Shown in pieces: positions 21,301-29,081 of a DNA stretch of 34,957 nt. This DNA comes from Psychrobacter sp. (GTDB lineage Bacteria > Pseudomonadota > Gammaproteobacteria > Pseudomonadales > Moraxellaceae): positions 1 to 34,957 of the forward strand of contig JAUNVX010000010.1 in assembly GCA_030540615.1 (NCBI GenBank), read 5' to 3'. Every line of letters starts with the position of its first letter. The first letter of the stretch is position 1. The notes below the pieces were generated by a model, which worked only from the letters and a program-made list of their open reading frames with translations, did no database searches and had not been told where the DNA came from. The position numbers were made by a program, and so were the translations under genes.

Positions 21301-22224
21301 CTCATCCGCCGTCGACAGCCCTAAAGTCTCGAGGTTGGTTGGGGTAGGCAACACCGCGGCATTGATACTTTGATCTAGCCCTAACGGAGGCTCTTTACTG
21401 TCCAATCTAGCGACTGGTGCATCAAAGCTGGCGGCCCGCTGAACCATCTCATCGACCACGCCCAATTGACTGTCAATGTCCTCTGGGCTCATCATTTGAT
21501 AGCCCTCTTGCTGAATGCTTTGCGCCTCTTGGGCCAGCTCAGACTCAGAGACCGATGCTATTTGCTCATTGTCAGACCGATTGTCTGCAAGCTGATCGGT
21601 GGGCTGGGAGGGCGTGTCGGTAGATGCTGAAGTTGATTGGTCGTTTTTATTGGGGGTGTTTTTATTGACGCTATTTTTACTGACACTGTTTTTATCGATG
21701 CTGGTAACGGTATCTCGCTGCTTTAGCGTCTCCTGCTGATACTGCTCTAACACTGAGGCATCAACCGTACCCTCTTCCACGGCTTTTTTGAGATGTAGAG
21801 CGTCTAGCGCTTGATTCAATAACACCTCATCTGAGATATCAGCCAAAGCCACCTGATTATCCGCTACTTGAGCTGCTTGCGATGATGGTAGAGCTTGCTT
21901 AGCGTCGCAATCCACACCATTTTTGCCCTGGCTGTCTTCACAGTCTTGACGCATGAAGTCATTAGGTTGCGCCTGAGCCGTCACGGACGTTAGCATCGTC
22001 ATACTGATGGCGGTAGCGCTGATGACCACGCCAGTCATCAACACATGGCTAATGGCTGCGGTAAGGGCTGAGTGGCTAAACTGATTTGGCGTGATTGAGG
22101 ATGCTTTGCTGTTTCCAGAGGCCAGCTGATTGTTCAACATCAAACCCGATGACGGTGAGACCCTTTTTTGTTTGTTTAGTGCTGCTATTGTTGCCACCAT
22201 ATACGCTACCCGCTCACGTCTCAT
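18376..22224 (-). CDS. tamA: Omp85-family TamA, greatly extended
   Basis: POTRA motifs (A..AVGYY, GDIFNHGVYK, YNTGDRYEF, L.AT.YF), a barrel starting at GIGYGTDTG, RFFAGGDQSIRGF, AVFADVGNA, GIRWASPIG.VR.D and a terminal LHFFIGSPL. Upstream of tamB. Confidence 0.92.
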   Translation of the reverse strand: MRRERVAYMVATIAALNKQKRVSPSSGLMLNNQLASGNSKASSITPNQFSHSALTAAISHVLMTGVVISATAISMTMLTSVTAQAQPNDFMRQDCEDSQGKNGVDCDAKQALPSSQAAQVADNQVALADISDEVLLNQALDALHLKKAVEEGTVDASVLEQYQQETLKQRDTVTSIDKNSVSKNSVNKNTPNKNDQSTSASTDTPSQPTDQLADNRSDNEQIASVSESELAQEAQSIQQEGYQMMSPEDIDSQLGVVDEMVQRAASFDAPVARLDSKEPPLGLDQSINAAVLPTPTNLETLGLSTADEPSTDANSIVAESMDAKNNNVKNINAKNNENNVSANNVTQSRNDKGIGSSLDHEPRLDPSIAARPIEVSDSVSSGSVTTAEDITDRADPKKLLANQASNKVKAADQEELIDSYTKAAKEAGQSSSQVAKAAVNKDRINPDDYLPDYQAATQTDAVANSIESSTATKPKRARNEGNIIKRLYNRYFNDGYSALPRVEASIYLEKNSPDSDSAELIKADNDSQPINNIKASLEDITVQSIEDFTAALPRLRQTALNAAKAVGYYDVTLRLQKTSDDQIDVIIEKLGEPVTVDSRILDVRGAGGETPEYQALETALPPQKGDIFNHGVYKSSKATLEALSSELGYFDQYWLNKSVDIILPDNTADVNLIYNTGDRYEFDDVVFFTYDAQNNELTTDPDKLPVKPELLRQLLGFDKGDPYYRPKVTKLSNDLSATRYFNTVNVEVIMPSDAKASQSTLAFDSSVDGSDEQSQETLAANANLADDVNVSAESKASAAALRAGAKNKGINSDTDSGITDSSNGATLSSDNSVNTDRTNAPRIAAEDIAPINFEVDEQTHDKMTAISQKAKRLASLPDNRVLDEKDEKAKNLLGKISDSISGIAKKILPDGQEEDLTLRPEKLANRQTPEEVKQSKKIPLYVYVASEKPRDAQAGIGYGTDTGIRATARVDYNLINRDGYQAGFEVAASRINKNATIYAKRPWKHPLNDTLDASLTYEEKISDEFKGNFDLSTQTLKASLARNIHPEAGWDRTYSLRYRLDKLETSLPESEREDIPVQFTSSNPTQQALLLGYGISKLDVDNITNPTKGLRQYYGIEAGAKGAVTDTNMVVLHAGANGIYTFGEDNRHQVLGKLSGGYLWADDFYQVPYRLRFFAGGDQSIRGFDYESLSPVNEKGYLTGGQILAVGSAEYNYEFKPGFRAAVFADVGNAYDKDFKADTNVGVGAGIRWASPIGVVRIDVAAGVTEKDDIPIRLHFFIGSPL

Positions 22225-22596
22225 GCTGATTTATATCCTTAAATATCTCTTGGTCGATAGCATTCAAACTAACTGCTGCCACTAGGTTTATATGGGCTAC
22301 GGCTGTAGACTAAAAGAAAGCCAGTGGACCCTCTAAAAACTTACAAATCATAACCCAGTTAATGCGCTATTAATAGCACTGCTATCCTGTATTTCTACTT
22401 AAGCCTTGCTATTATACGGGCTATTGCTCGCTATCTAGCAAACAAAAAGGTAACTTAATTTTTGAAATAATTAATCCGATAAACTAATAAGAGCATTCTT
22501 ATTGCGGTATAAAGCATAGTAGTATGACTAATAGTATGACGGGCTGTCATAATATTGATAATAATCGACAAAAATATATCTCTTGTAGGAGCAAGC

Positions 22597-23931
22597 ATGG
22601 CCACTCAATTTCAGCTATTTAAGCATCGACGCTTTACCTCGATGTTCTTTACCCAATTTTTAGGGGCCTTTAATGATAATGTCTTTAAGCAAGCGCTATT
22701 ATTGGTATTAACTTTTACCGCCGCCAGCAAGATTGGGTTTGAGATTAGCGTCTTAAACAACTTGGCAGCCATGTTATTTATTCTGCCATACTTTCTATTC
22801 TCTGCGGTGGCAGGTCAGCTGGCAGACAAGTATGAAAAGGCTGGATTAACCCGGCTGATTAAAATACTTGAGATTGTCATCATGGCAGTGGCTACCGTCG
22901 GGTTCGTCTTTGAATGGTATTCGCTATTGTTCGTGGCTTTATTTCTGATGGGCACGCACTCTACCTTCTTTGGTCCTATTAAATATGCTTACCTGCCACA
23001 GGCTATGCGTAATGATGAGCTGGTGGGGGCCAATGGCCTGTTCCAAATGGGCACCTCTTTATCCATCTTACTGGGGATGATTGTCGCAGGATTTTTGGCT
23101 CAGATGGCAAATCCCCTATACTGGGTTAGTGCCTGCGTCCTTGTTATCGCTGTTTTGGGCTATCTAGCCGCGCGATTTATTCCTTTAACGCCCGCCGTTC
23201 AACCCAATCTTAAAGTGAATTGGAATATATTTACGACCAGTGCGGACACTATTAAATATCTATATAGCATTCCTTATTTGTTTTTTATCATTCTTGGTAA
23301 CAGCTGGTTTTGGTTCTACGGCGCGACGTTTTTGACTCAGACCCCTGAGTTCAGTAAAGTCATCCTTCATGGTAATGAATCTGTGGTGATTTTATTATTA
23401 ACTTTATTTTCTATTGGGGTGTCCATCGGCTCACTGCTTTGCAAAACGTTGACCAAAAACCAAGTTAGCCTGCGTTTATTGCCATTTGGTATCGCCGGTC
23501 TAAGCTTATTCGCTATTGACCTATACTGGTCATTGTCGTCGATGACTATTGATGCCAATGCTTTATTAGGCATTACCGCCTTAAGTGCGTTGCCAGGTAG
23601 CTTTAGAGTATTTTTTGATTTGTTTATGCTAGGATTCAGTGGTGGTCTATATATCGTACCCCTTTATGCCTCCATGCAAGCTTATGCGCCCCAAAGTCAT
23701 CGAGCTCGAGTGGTTGGCGCTAATAATATCTTTAATGCTTTGTTCATGGTCACCGCGGCTATTTTTGCTATCGTGGTACTCAATGTTTTAAAGCTTACTT
23801 TACCGCAGCTGTTTTTGGTGACGGGTATTTTTAACCTTGTCTTTGGCGTATTCTTATATCTGAAGCTAAACAAACATAGCCAAAACGCGGTCATACAAAA
23901 CACGGATGAGCTTAACCCCTCAAATCTATAA
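22597..23931 (+). CDS. MFS transporter, LplT/Aas-MFS-like (lysophospholipid flippase-like)
   Basis: FFTQFLGAFNDNVFK, LFILPYFLFSA.AGQLADKYEK, STFFGPIKYAYLP, GNSWFWF and GGLYIVPLYA, with about 12 hydrophobic segments. AGGAG precedes ATG 22597. Confidence 0.88.
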   Translation: MATQFQLFKHRRFTSMFFTQFLGAFNDNVFKQALLLVLTFTAASKIGFEISVLNNLAAMLFILPYFLFSAVAGQLADKYEKAGLTRLIKILEIVIMAVATVGFVFEWYSLLFVALFLMGTHSTFFGPIKYAYLPQAMRNDELVGANGLFQMGTSLSILLGMIVAGFLAQMANPLYWVSACVLVIAVLGYLAARFIPLTPAVQPNLKVNWNIFTTSADTIKYLYSIPYLFFIILGNSWFWFYGATFLTQTPEFSKVILHGNESVVILLLTLFSIGVSIGSLLCKTLTKNQVSLRLLPFGIAGLSLFAIDLYWSLSSMTIDANALLGITALSALPGSFRVFFDLFMLGFSGGLYIVPLYASMQAYAPQSHRARVVGANNIFNALFMVTAAIFAIVVLNVLKLTLPQLFLVTGIFNLVFGVFLYLKLNKHSQNAVIQNTDELNPSNL

Positions 23932-23958
23932 CTGGCAGTAATACTTAAGGAGATGATT

Positions 23959-24603
23959 ATGGCCTCTCGCCACCTCTCAAAGCTAGACCAACTGTTATTA
24001 AGTGTGGACCAAGCATTACGCGCGGTAGTGCCGCACTCTAACCCCTCAACGCGGCCTTTACCTGTCAAAAGCGACCAACTACCAGAATTATCGATTACGG
24101 AGTCTCGCCATGTGGCGGGGTTAATGCGAATCAATCATACTGGGGAAGTCTGCGCTCAAGGTCTCTATCATGGTCAGGCCTTTAGCGCCAAAGACGAGCA
24201 GGTCAAGACTGCCATGAAACATTCAGCTGAAGAAGAGGTCGATCACTTGGTTTGGTGCGAGACCCGACTAAAGGAGCTTGGGAGCCATCCTAGCGTGTTC
24301 ACTCCATTATGGTATGGCTTATCCTTTGGTTTAGGCGCTGCCGCAGGGGCTATCTCCAATGAGTTCAGTCTTGGATTTGTGGCGGAGACTGAGGCGCAAG
24401 TGAGCGAGCATCTACAAGATCATATTACTCAGCTGCCCCATCAAGACCAAAGAACGCGAGATATCTTGGCACAAATGGATATCGAAGAGTTGCATCATCG
24501 TGAGATGGCCTTAGACAATGGGGGGCGCGCCTTGCCACCACCCGTTAAGTACACCATGCGGCTACTTGCCAATGCTATGAAGTCAGTGGCCTATCATTTA
24601 TAA
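23959..24603 (+). CDS. coq7: Demethoxyubiquinone hydroxylase Coq7 (di-iron)
   Basis: GLMRINHTGEVCAQGLY.GQ, EEVDHL.W, LGFVAETE.QV..HL..H and EELHH di-iron motifs. AAGGAG lies 6 nt before ATG 23959. Confidence 0.95.
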   Translation: MASRHLSKLDQLLLSVDQALRAVVPHSNPSTRPLPVKSDQLPELSITESRHVAGLMRINHTGEVCAQGLYHGQAFSAKDEQVKTAMKHSAEEEVDHLVWCETRLKELGSHPSVFTPLWYGLSFGLGAAAGAISNEFSLGFVAETEAQVSEHLQDHITQLPHQDQRTRDILAQMDIEELHHREMALDNGGRALPPPVKYTMRLLANAMKSVAYHL

Positions 24604-24734
24604 AGCTGATAGATATCTTAGGATTTTTAACAATCCTGCTACTGAGTCTACCACTCACTATTTGTTAGGGTATGAGGCTGACGGACGCCCATTATTTTAA
24701 TGGGTAGTCTTTCAAATTATTTTCATGGGCTGTA

Positions 24735-24799
24735 TTTTAATAAGCACTTTGTTAGTGGTAGTTTGATAAGCATTTTTTTAATAAGGACTTTATTAGTAG
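24735..24799. repeat. 24-bp direct repeat at 41-bp offset
   Basis: ttttaataagcactttgttagtgg (24735-24758) versus ttttaataaggactttattagtag (24776-24799), 21/24 identical. Confidence 0.6.
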
Positions 24800-24876
24800 G
24801 CACTCTCTCGACAAGTCTAACGATTTAAAACTATGATGAACTATCTAATAACCGGCAACTATAGGTAAAATAACGT

Positions 24877-25848
24877 ATGAAGCACCTAAAATCTTTTACA
24901 ACGACTGTATTGGCCACAGCTTGCCTAGGCATCCTAGCGCAGTCAGCTCAAGCGGCTGATACCCAAATCCCTGTGCCAAGCGCGATTGATTCCAGCACTC
25001 GCACCTTCCGGGTGTCTCAAAATAGTGCTCCTGTTTCGCAGTCTCAAGTTCAGCCACAGTATCAAGCTGCTCAGCCCAATACCACTGCCGAGCCAGCACC
25101 TCAAGTTATTGTTTATCAGCCGCAAACGGTTCAAGACGTGGCTAACACAGGTATTGACCTCAGCCGAGGCGGTTTGAGTAATATCCCTACCCCTACTGCT
25201 TCAGTGAGCAACGCTAGCTTTATTAATACGGTATTAATTCCGCAATCACAAAGTGGAACCACAGGCCAGATTGATGTCAGCTTACTTGATGACTTTATTG
25301 AAGATGTCTCCCCAAATGTCCGTCATTACCCGCCTAACTTCCCCAACCGCTCACAGCAATATAATACTAGAGAGAAGGTTAAAGTCTTTACCCAGTGGAT
25401 TGAGCCTTATGCTAGTGCCCCTAATGCCTCTTATGAGGTTCTGCTTCGAGCGGCCAAACTAAATGCCATGGGCCGAAATCTAGATCTTGGCTCAGATTAT
25501 GCGATTCGTGCCAGCACCTATGTTGCAAATGCTATCGGACGCCAACCAAATAGCGCAGAAGCCAATTTCCTATACGGTATGATGCTCACCGAGGGCGGCG
25601 GTTTTAAAGAAGGCAAAAAATACCTAGATAAAGCAGTATCCTTGGGTTATACCGAAGCTGAGCAAAGCCTAGCTCAGTCTGATTTGCTAAGTGACAATAG
25701 ATCTGGTGCTTTAGAGCGCTTGCGTAGTTTGAAAGCGCGACTGCCTAATGACCCTATCCTTGATCAACAAATCAAAATAGTTGAAGATGGTAAATTCTAT
25801 ATCTGGGACATCCCTTCTCCAGATATTAATGTTCGCCCTGGATCTTAG
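24877..25848 (+). CDS. Secreted tetratricopeptide/Sel1-like repeat protein
   Basis: Signal peptide (..AQSAQA/AD), a Gln/Pro-rich linker and a helical C-terminal domain with PNSAEANFLYGMML...YLDKAVSLG. It resembles a Moraxellaceae TPR family from recall; unverified. Confidence 0.7.
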   Translation: MKHLKSFTTTVLATACLGILAQSAQAADTQIPVPSAIDSSTRTFRVSQNSAPVSQSQVQPQYQAAQPNTTAEPAPQVIVYQPQTVQDVANTGIDLSRGGLSNIPTPTASVSNASFINTVLIPQSQSGTTGQIDVSLLDDFIEDVSPNVRHYPPNFPNRSQQYNTREKVKVFTQWIEPYASAPNASYEVLLRAAKLNAMGRNLDLGSDYAIRASTYVANAIGRQPNSAEANFLYGMMLTEGGGFKEGKKYLDKAVSLGYTEAEQSLAQSDLLSDNRSGALERLRSLKARLPNDPILDQQIKIVEDGKFYIWDIPSPDINVRPGS

Positions 25849-25918
25849 TTTAGCCTTTAGCCACCATTCATTCTCTTTATTGTGGCTATCTTATTATTAG
25901 TTAAAAATGTCTGACATT

Positions 25919-25948
25919 AAAAATCCCGCTGCCAAAGCGGGATTTTTT
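25919..25948 (+). terminator. Intrinsic terminator after the TPR gene
   Basis: aaaaatcccgct-gccaa-agcgggatttttt. Confidence 0.9.
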
Positions 25949-26142
25949 ATAGGGTTTTAGTTATCCATGACTTACTCGGTTGATGATTTGATGCATCGAT
26001 TGGAAACTAAATCCTTATTATTACTAATATTTTTTATATTATATCGGATTGCCTTAATCAGTTTATTCGTAAAATTAAATCATTTTGTTAGACAATTAAT
26101 GCTATATTTTATGCCATCACTGCCAATTAACCGGACTCTCCC

Positions 26143-28938
26143 ATGATATTGAGGCGCAGCACCTTTAAGACAGAGCTTAAGACCAAGCTGACAGTCAAGT
26201 CCCTATACCCGGTCAAGTCGCTATATTCAATTAAACCATTGTCCTCAATGAAGCCGTTACCCCTAATAATTAAACCACTACACTCAATCAAGACCCTAAT
26301 GGGCATGGTGCTAATGGCCGCTTTTGCTGTGACCTTAAGCGCTTGTAGTGGTGTAGTGGTTAACAAACAGTCTGCCGCCAAAACGTTGGTGGCCTCACGA
26401 GGCAATATCGTCACTGACGATAGGCTAAGCACTGCCACAACCTCGGCCTTACTCTCTGCTGGGCTTGATCAAGAGGCTTGTATGCGCTATTTTGATAATT
26501 GCCTCATGCAGCTATCAGACAGCCTGTTCAATGAGCACCGCCGACGTGCCTTGGCCATCTTCGCGGAGCTTCACTATACCAAAGCCCTTCGATTGAATAA
26601 CTCTACTCCTTGCCAAGACTTAGCTGCCCGCCCCCCTATTGATCCTTATTACGCCAATGCACCGTTGGATGAAAAACAAAGCCAAGAGCAAAAGCAGCAA
26701 GCTGAGCTTTGCTTTACTCAGTACCATAATGAGCTGATGGAAGCGGTTAAATACAGCTATGCTTATCTGTTCTTTGATCAACTAGAGCATGATTACAAAA
26801 GCCTTAATGAGCCCCGTAATATTAGTCATGCTCTGCCTAGCGAGATTGATATTCAAACCCAAGATATCTATAACGCTGCTAGCAATGACATTATCACCCA
26901 GCTTTATAAGCCCTCTAATAGGCAGTTAGCCTTGCCTAATGATATCTTGTCTGTGAAGCATTTACCTATTACCGCTGAGCCAATAGATGCCAATAATACT
27001 GCCAATAAAGCGGGCTCTACGCCATCACCTTCTCAGGTCAAGGTCATGGCCGTCAAGCTCAAAGATTATGAGCTAGGCATATATCTGCCTAATGAATCTC
27101 AGTATCTAATTAATGCCAGCAAAGAGCGCGGGGCATTGACCGATTTAATCTCTACCTACGAGATGAAGCTGACGGGGCTAAATACCATTAGCAAGCGTGA
27201 TGGCTTCGGAATCAGCTTTGTTGCCTCTTTAGATGATCGATACACCACCTCTATTCAGCAGCTATTTGGGCGCTCACTAACGCCAACGAATGAGAACGAC
27301 GACCCTACTAGCCGTATCTACCCTACTGGTCATTTGCTACTAACAGGCATGATTGAGCCACAAGGCAAATCTGTCCTTGATGTCTTAAGTACTCACAAGC
27401 TTGACGTGCGACTGTTTGACCCTTATCGAACAGATAGCGTGACGGTCTTAGGTGATAATTACCCTCTAGCCGCCAACTTCTCCGCCAGTTATGGCCTTTG
27501 GCTCGCTGAAAATCAGCTGAATACCGTGGGTTATCTGAATCTATTGACCCGCCAAGATGCCCCTAATCTGCCTAGGCTATTTATGCTTGAGCCTTATGAC
27601 CCTAACAAACGGGTCATCATTATGCTGCATGGCCTGGCCTCTAGTCCGGCGACTTGGGTCAATCTCACCAATGACATTTTTAACGATCAAACCTTACGTG
27701 ATCATTATCAAGTTTGGCAAATATTCTACCCCACCAATCTACCCATCCTAGAAAACCGCTATCAGATAAAAACCTTGATAGAAGCCACTTATCAACAGAT
27801 GGATCCGAAAGCTCAGAACCCTGCCAGTCAGCACAGCGTTATCATCAGTCATAGCATGGGTGCCCTTATCGCTCGAATGCTTGTGTCTGATGATGACTTA
27901 TCTAAAAGATTGGATAGCCTCAAGCCTAGAGCGGATGACCCCAGTAGCAGTCAAATGGTAGCCGATTTGGGCAATCAAAAAATGCCTGCCAACGCCTCAG
28001 TGAGCGATATGAATAAGCTAATGAGCGATCGACAACTGACAGCGATGATAAAACAGACTTATGGCAATGAGGCTCTCGCCAGTCGTTTTGACTTGCAACC
28101 GCTCAATCAGGTGGACACGGTAGTGTTTTTAAGCGCGCCTTTTCGGGGAACAGATTATGCCGATCGCTGGTTCACCCGTGCCCTTCGCCGAGTCATTCAT
28201 CTGCCCCTTGGGCTGGTGCAGACGGTGACCAGTAACTTATCTACTATAGCGACTCAAGGTGAGTTGGCGCAAAATCCGTTAGGAGCCTTATATCTTGAAA
28301 ATGGTGCTAGCCAGCTAAGTGATAAGTCCTCATTCGTTCAGCTCACCAAAGATTTGACTATTGTGCCTTCTGTAACCTATCACTCTATCATCGCCAATGC
28401 CGATGCAGATTTGGCCGAGGGTCTGGCTCAGCTGGACTCTACTTCTGTGAAGTTAGACTTATCTCAAGCTCAGCCTACAAGCGATGAGGCTCGCGCCAAC
28501 ACTATTACCAGTCCTGACGCCGATGAGATTAAGCTCTCAGGCGATGCGGCCAATACTAAATTGGCCACTACCAACGCTACCAGCAGACCTTTAAGGGCAG
28601 GCGCTGAAACTACAGGTATGACGCTTTCCTCTACTGAAGTAGCGTTACCGCCTGAGACTGATAGCTCTGTTAGCAATCCTAAGACCTCTAGCAATAAAAC
28701 TGGCCCCAAAGTGGCTGCGGTGACGGTAGAAGCAGATATTGGGGAAGCCTTAACCAACAAGCTCTCTGATGGTATTGTGCCGTACAAGAGCGCCCATCTT
28801 GAGGGGGCAGCATCTGAAACCATTATCAGTGGTGGTCATAGTATCCAAGAAAATCCTCAAACCATATTAATCCTACGCCGAATCTTGCATCAACATCTTA
28901 AGTCTCATGATGGGCCGCTGAGCCCGTCAGTAGAATAA
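26143..28938 (+). CDS. Lipoprotein alpha/beta-hydrolase (esterase/lipase-like)
   Basis: Lipobox TLSAC, oxyanion motif MLHGLASSP, nucleophile elbow ISHSMGA, FLSAPFRG, catalytic-Asp motif SDGIVPY.SAHL and GGHS. The true start is probably downstream (ATG 26248 or 26299). Confidence 0.85.
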   Translation: MILRRSTFKTELKTKLTVKSLYPVKSLYSIKPLSSMKPLPLIIKPLHSIKTLMGMVLMAAFAVTLSACSGVVVNKQSAAKTLVASRGNIVTDDRLSTATTSALLSAGLDQEACMRYFDNCLMQLSDSLFNEHRRRALAIFAELHYTKALRLNNSTPCQDLAARPPIDPYYANAPLDEKQSQEQKQQAELCFTQYHNELMEAVKYSYAYLFFDQLEHDYKSLNEPRNISHALPSEIDIQTQDIYNAASNDIITQLYKPSNRQLALPNDILSVKHLPITAEPIDANNTANKAGSTPSPSQVKVMAVKLKDYELGIYLPNESQYLINASKERGALTDLISTYEMKLTGLNTISKRDGFGISFVASLDDRYTTSIQQLFGRSLTPTNENDDPTSRIYPTGHLLLTGMIEPQGKSVLDVLSTHKLDVRLFDPYRTDSVTVLGDNYPLAANFSASYGLWLAENQLNTVGYLNLLTRQDAPNLPRLFMLEPYDPNKRVIIMLHGLASSPATWVNLTNDIFNDQTLRDHYQVWQIFYPTNLPILENRYQIKTLIEATYQQMDPKAQNPASQHSVIISHSMGALIARMLVSDDDLSKRLDSLKPRADDPSSSQMVADLGNQKMPANASVSDMNKLMSDRQLTAMIKQTYGNEALASRFDLQPLNQVDTVVFLSAPFRGTDYADRWFTRALRRVIHLPLGLVQTVTSNLSTIATQGELAQNPLGALYLENGASQLSDKSSFVQLTKDLTIVPSVTYHSIIANADADLAEGLAQLDSTSVKLDLSQAQPTSDEARANTITSPDADEIKLSGDAANTKLATTNATSRPLRAGAETTGMTLSSTEVALPPETDSSVSNPKTSSNKTGPKVAAVTVEADIGEALTNKLSDGIVPYKSAHLEGAASETIISGGHSIQENPQTILILRRILHQHLKSHDGPLSPSVE
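26195..26300 (+). repeat. Degenerate 18-bp tandem repeat (about 5.5 copies)
   Basis: tcaagtccctatacccgg / tcaagtcgctatattcaa / ttaaaccattgtcctcaa / tgaagccgttacccctaa / (taa) ttaaaccactacactcaa / tcaagacccta. Confidence 0.75.
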
Positions 28939-28975
28939 TCAGTCTGATAAGCTGTGCAAGCTTTAAAGATTAGCC

Positions 28976-29007
28976 AAAAAAACACCAAGCTATTGCTTGG
29001 TGTTTTT
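28976..29007. terminator. Bidirectional intrinsic terminator between the hydrolase and the HlyD-family gene
   Basis: aaaaaaacaccaagc-tatt-gcttggtgttttt between convergent genes. Confidence 0.9.
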
Positions 29008-29081
29008 AATGATTAAGGCTTTGAGAGATTACCCTAAAGTTAGCCATGACTCTAAGAAGCTAAATAGAGCCACTCACTTGA

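Noticed and set aside
13431-21623. Multiple short antisense or alternate-frame ORFs within tamB and tamA
   Set aside because: Shadow ORFs of long genes with no independent signals.
23697-24134. 145-aa antisense ORF spanning the MFS gene and coq7
   Set aside because: Fully antisense to two well-supported genes with no motif.
24688-24704. cccatta-ttt-taatggg hairpin as a coq7 terminator
   Set aside because: Weak stem and no adjacent U-tract; not supported enough to call.
26195-26300. Repeat arrays as CRISPR or iterons
   Set aside because: Units are short, degenerate and contiguous, with no spacers and no cas or rep genes.
26143-28938. Hydrolase as the T1SS substrate
   Set aside because: It has a Sec lipobox and no GGxGxD repeats, and it is convergent with the operon and separated by a terminator.
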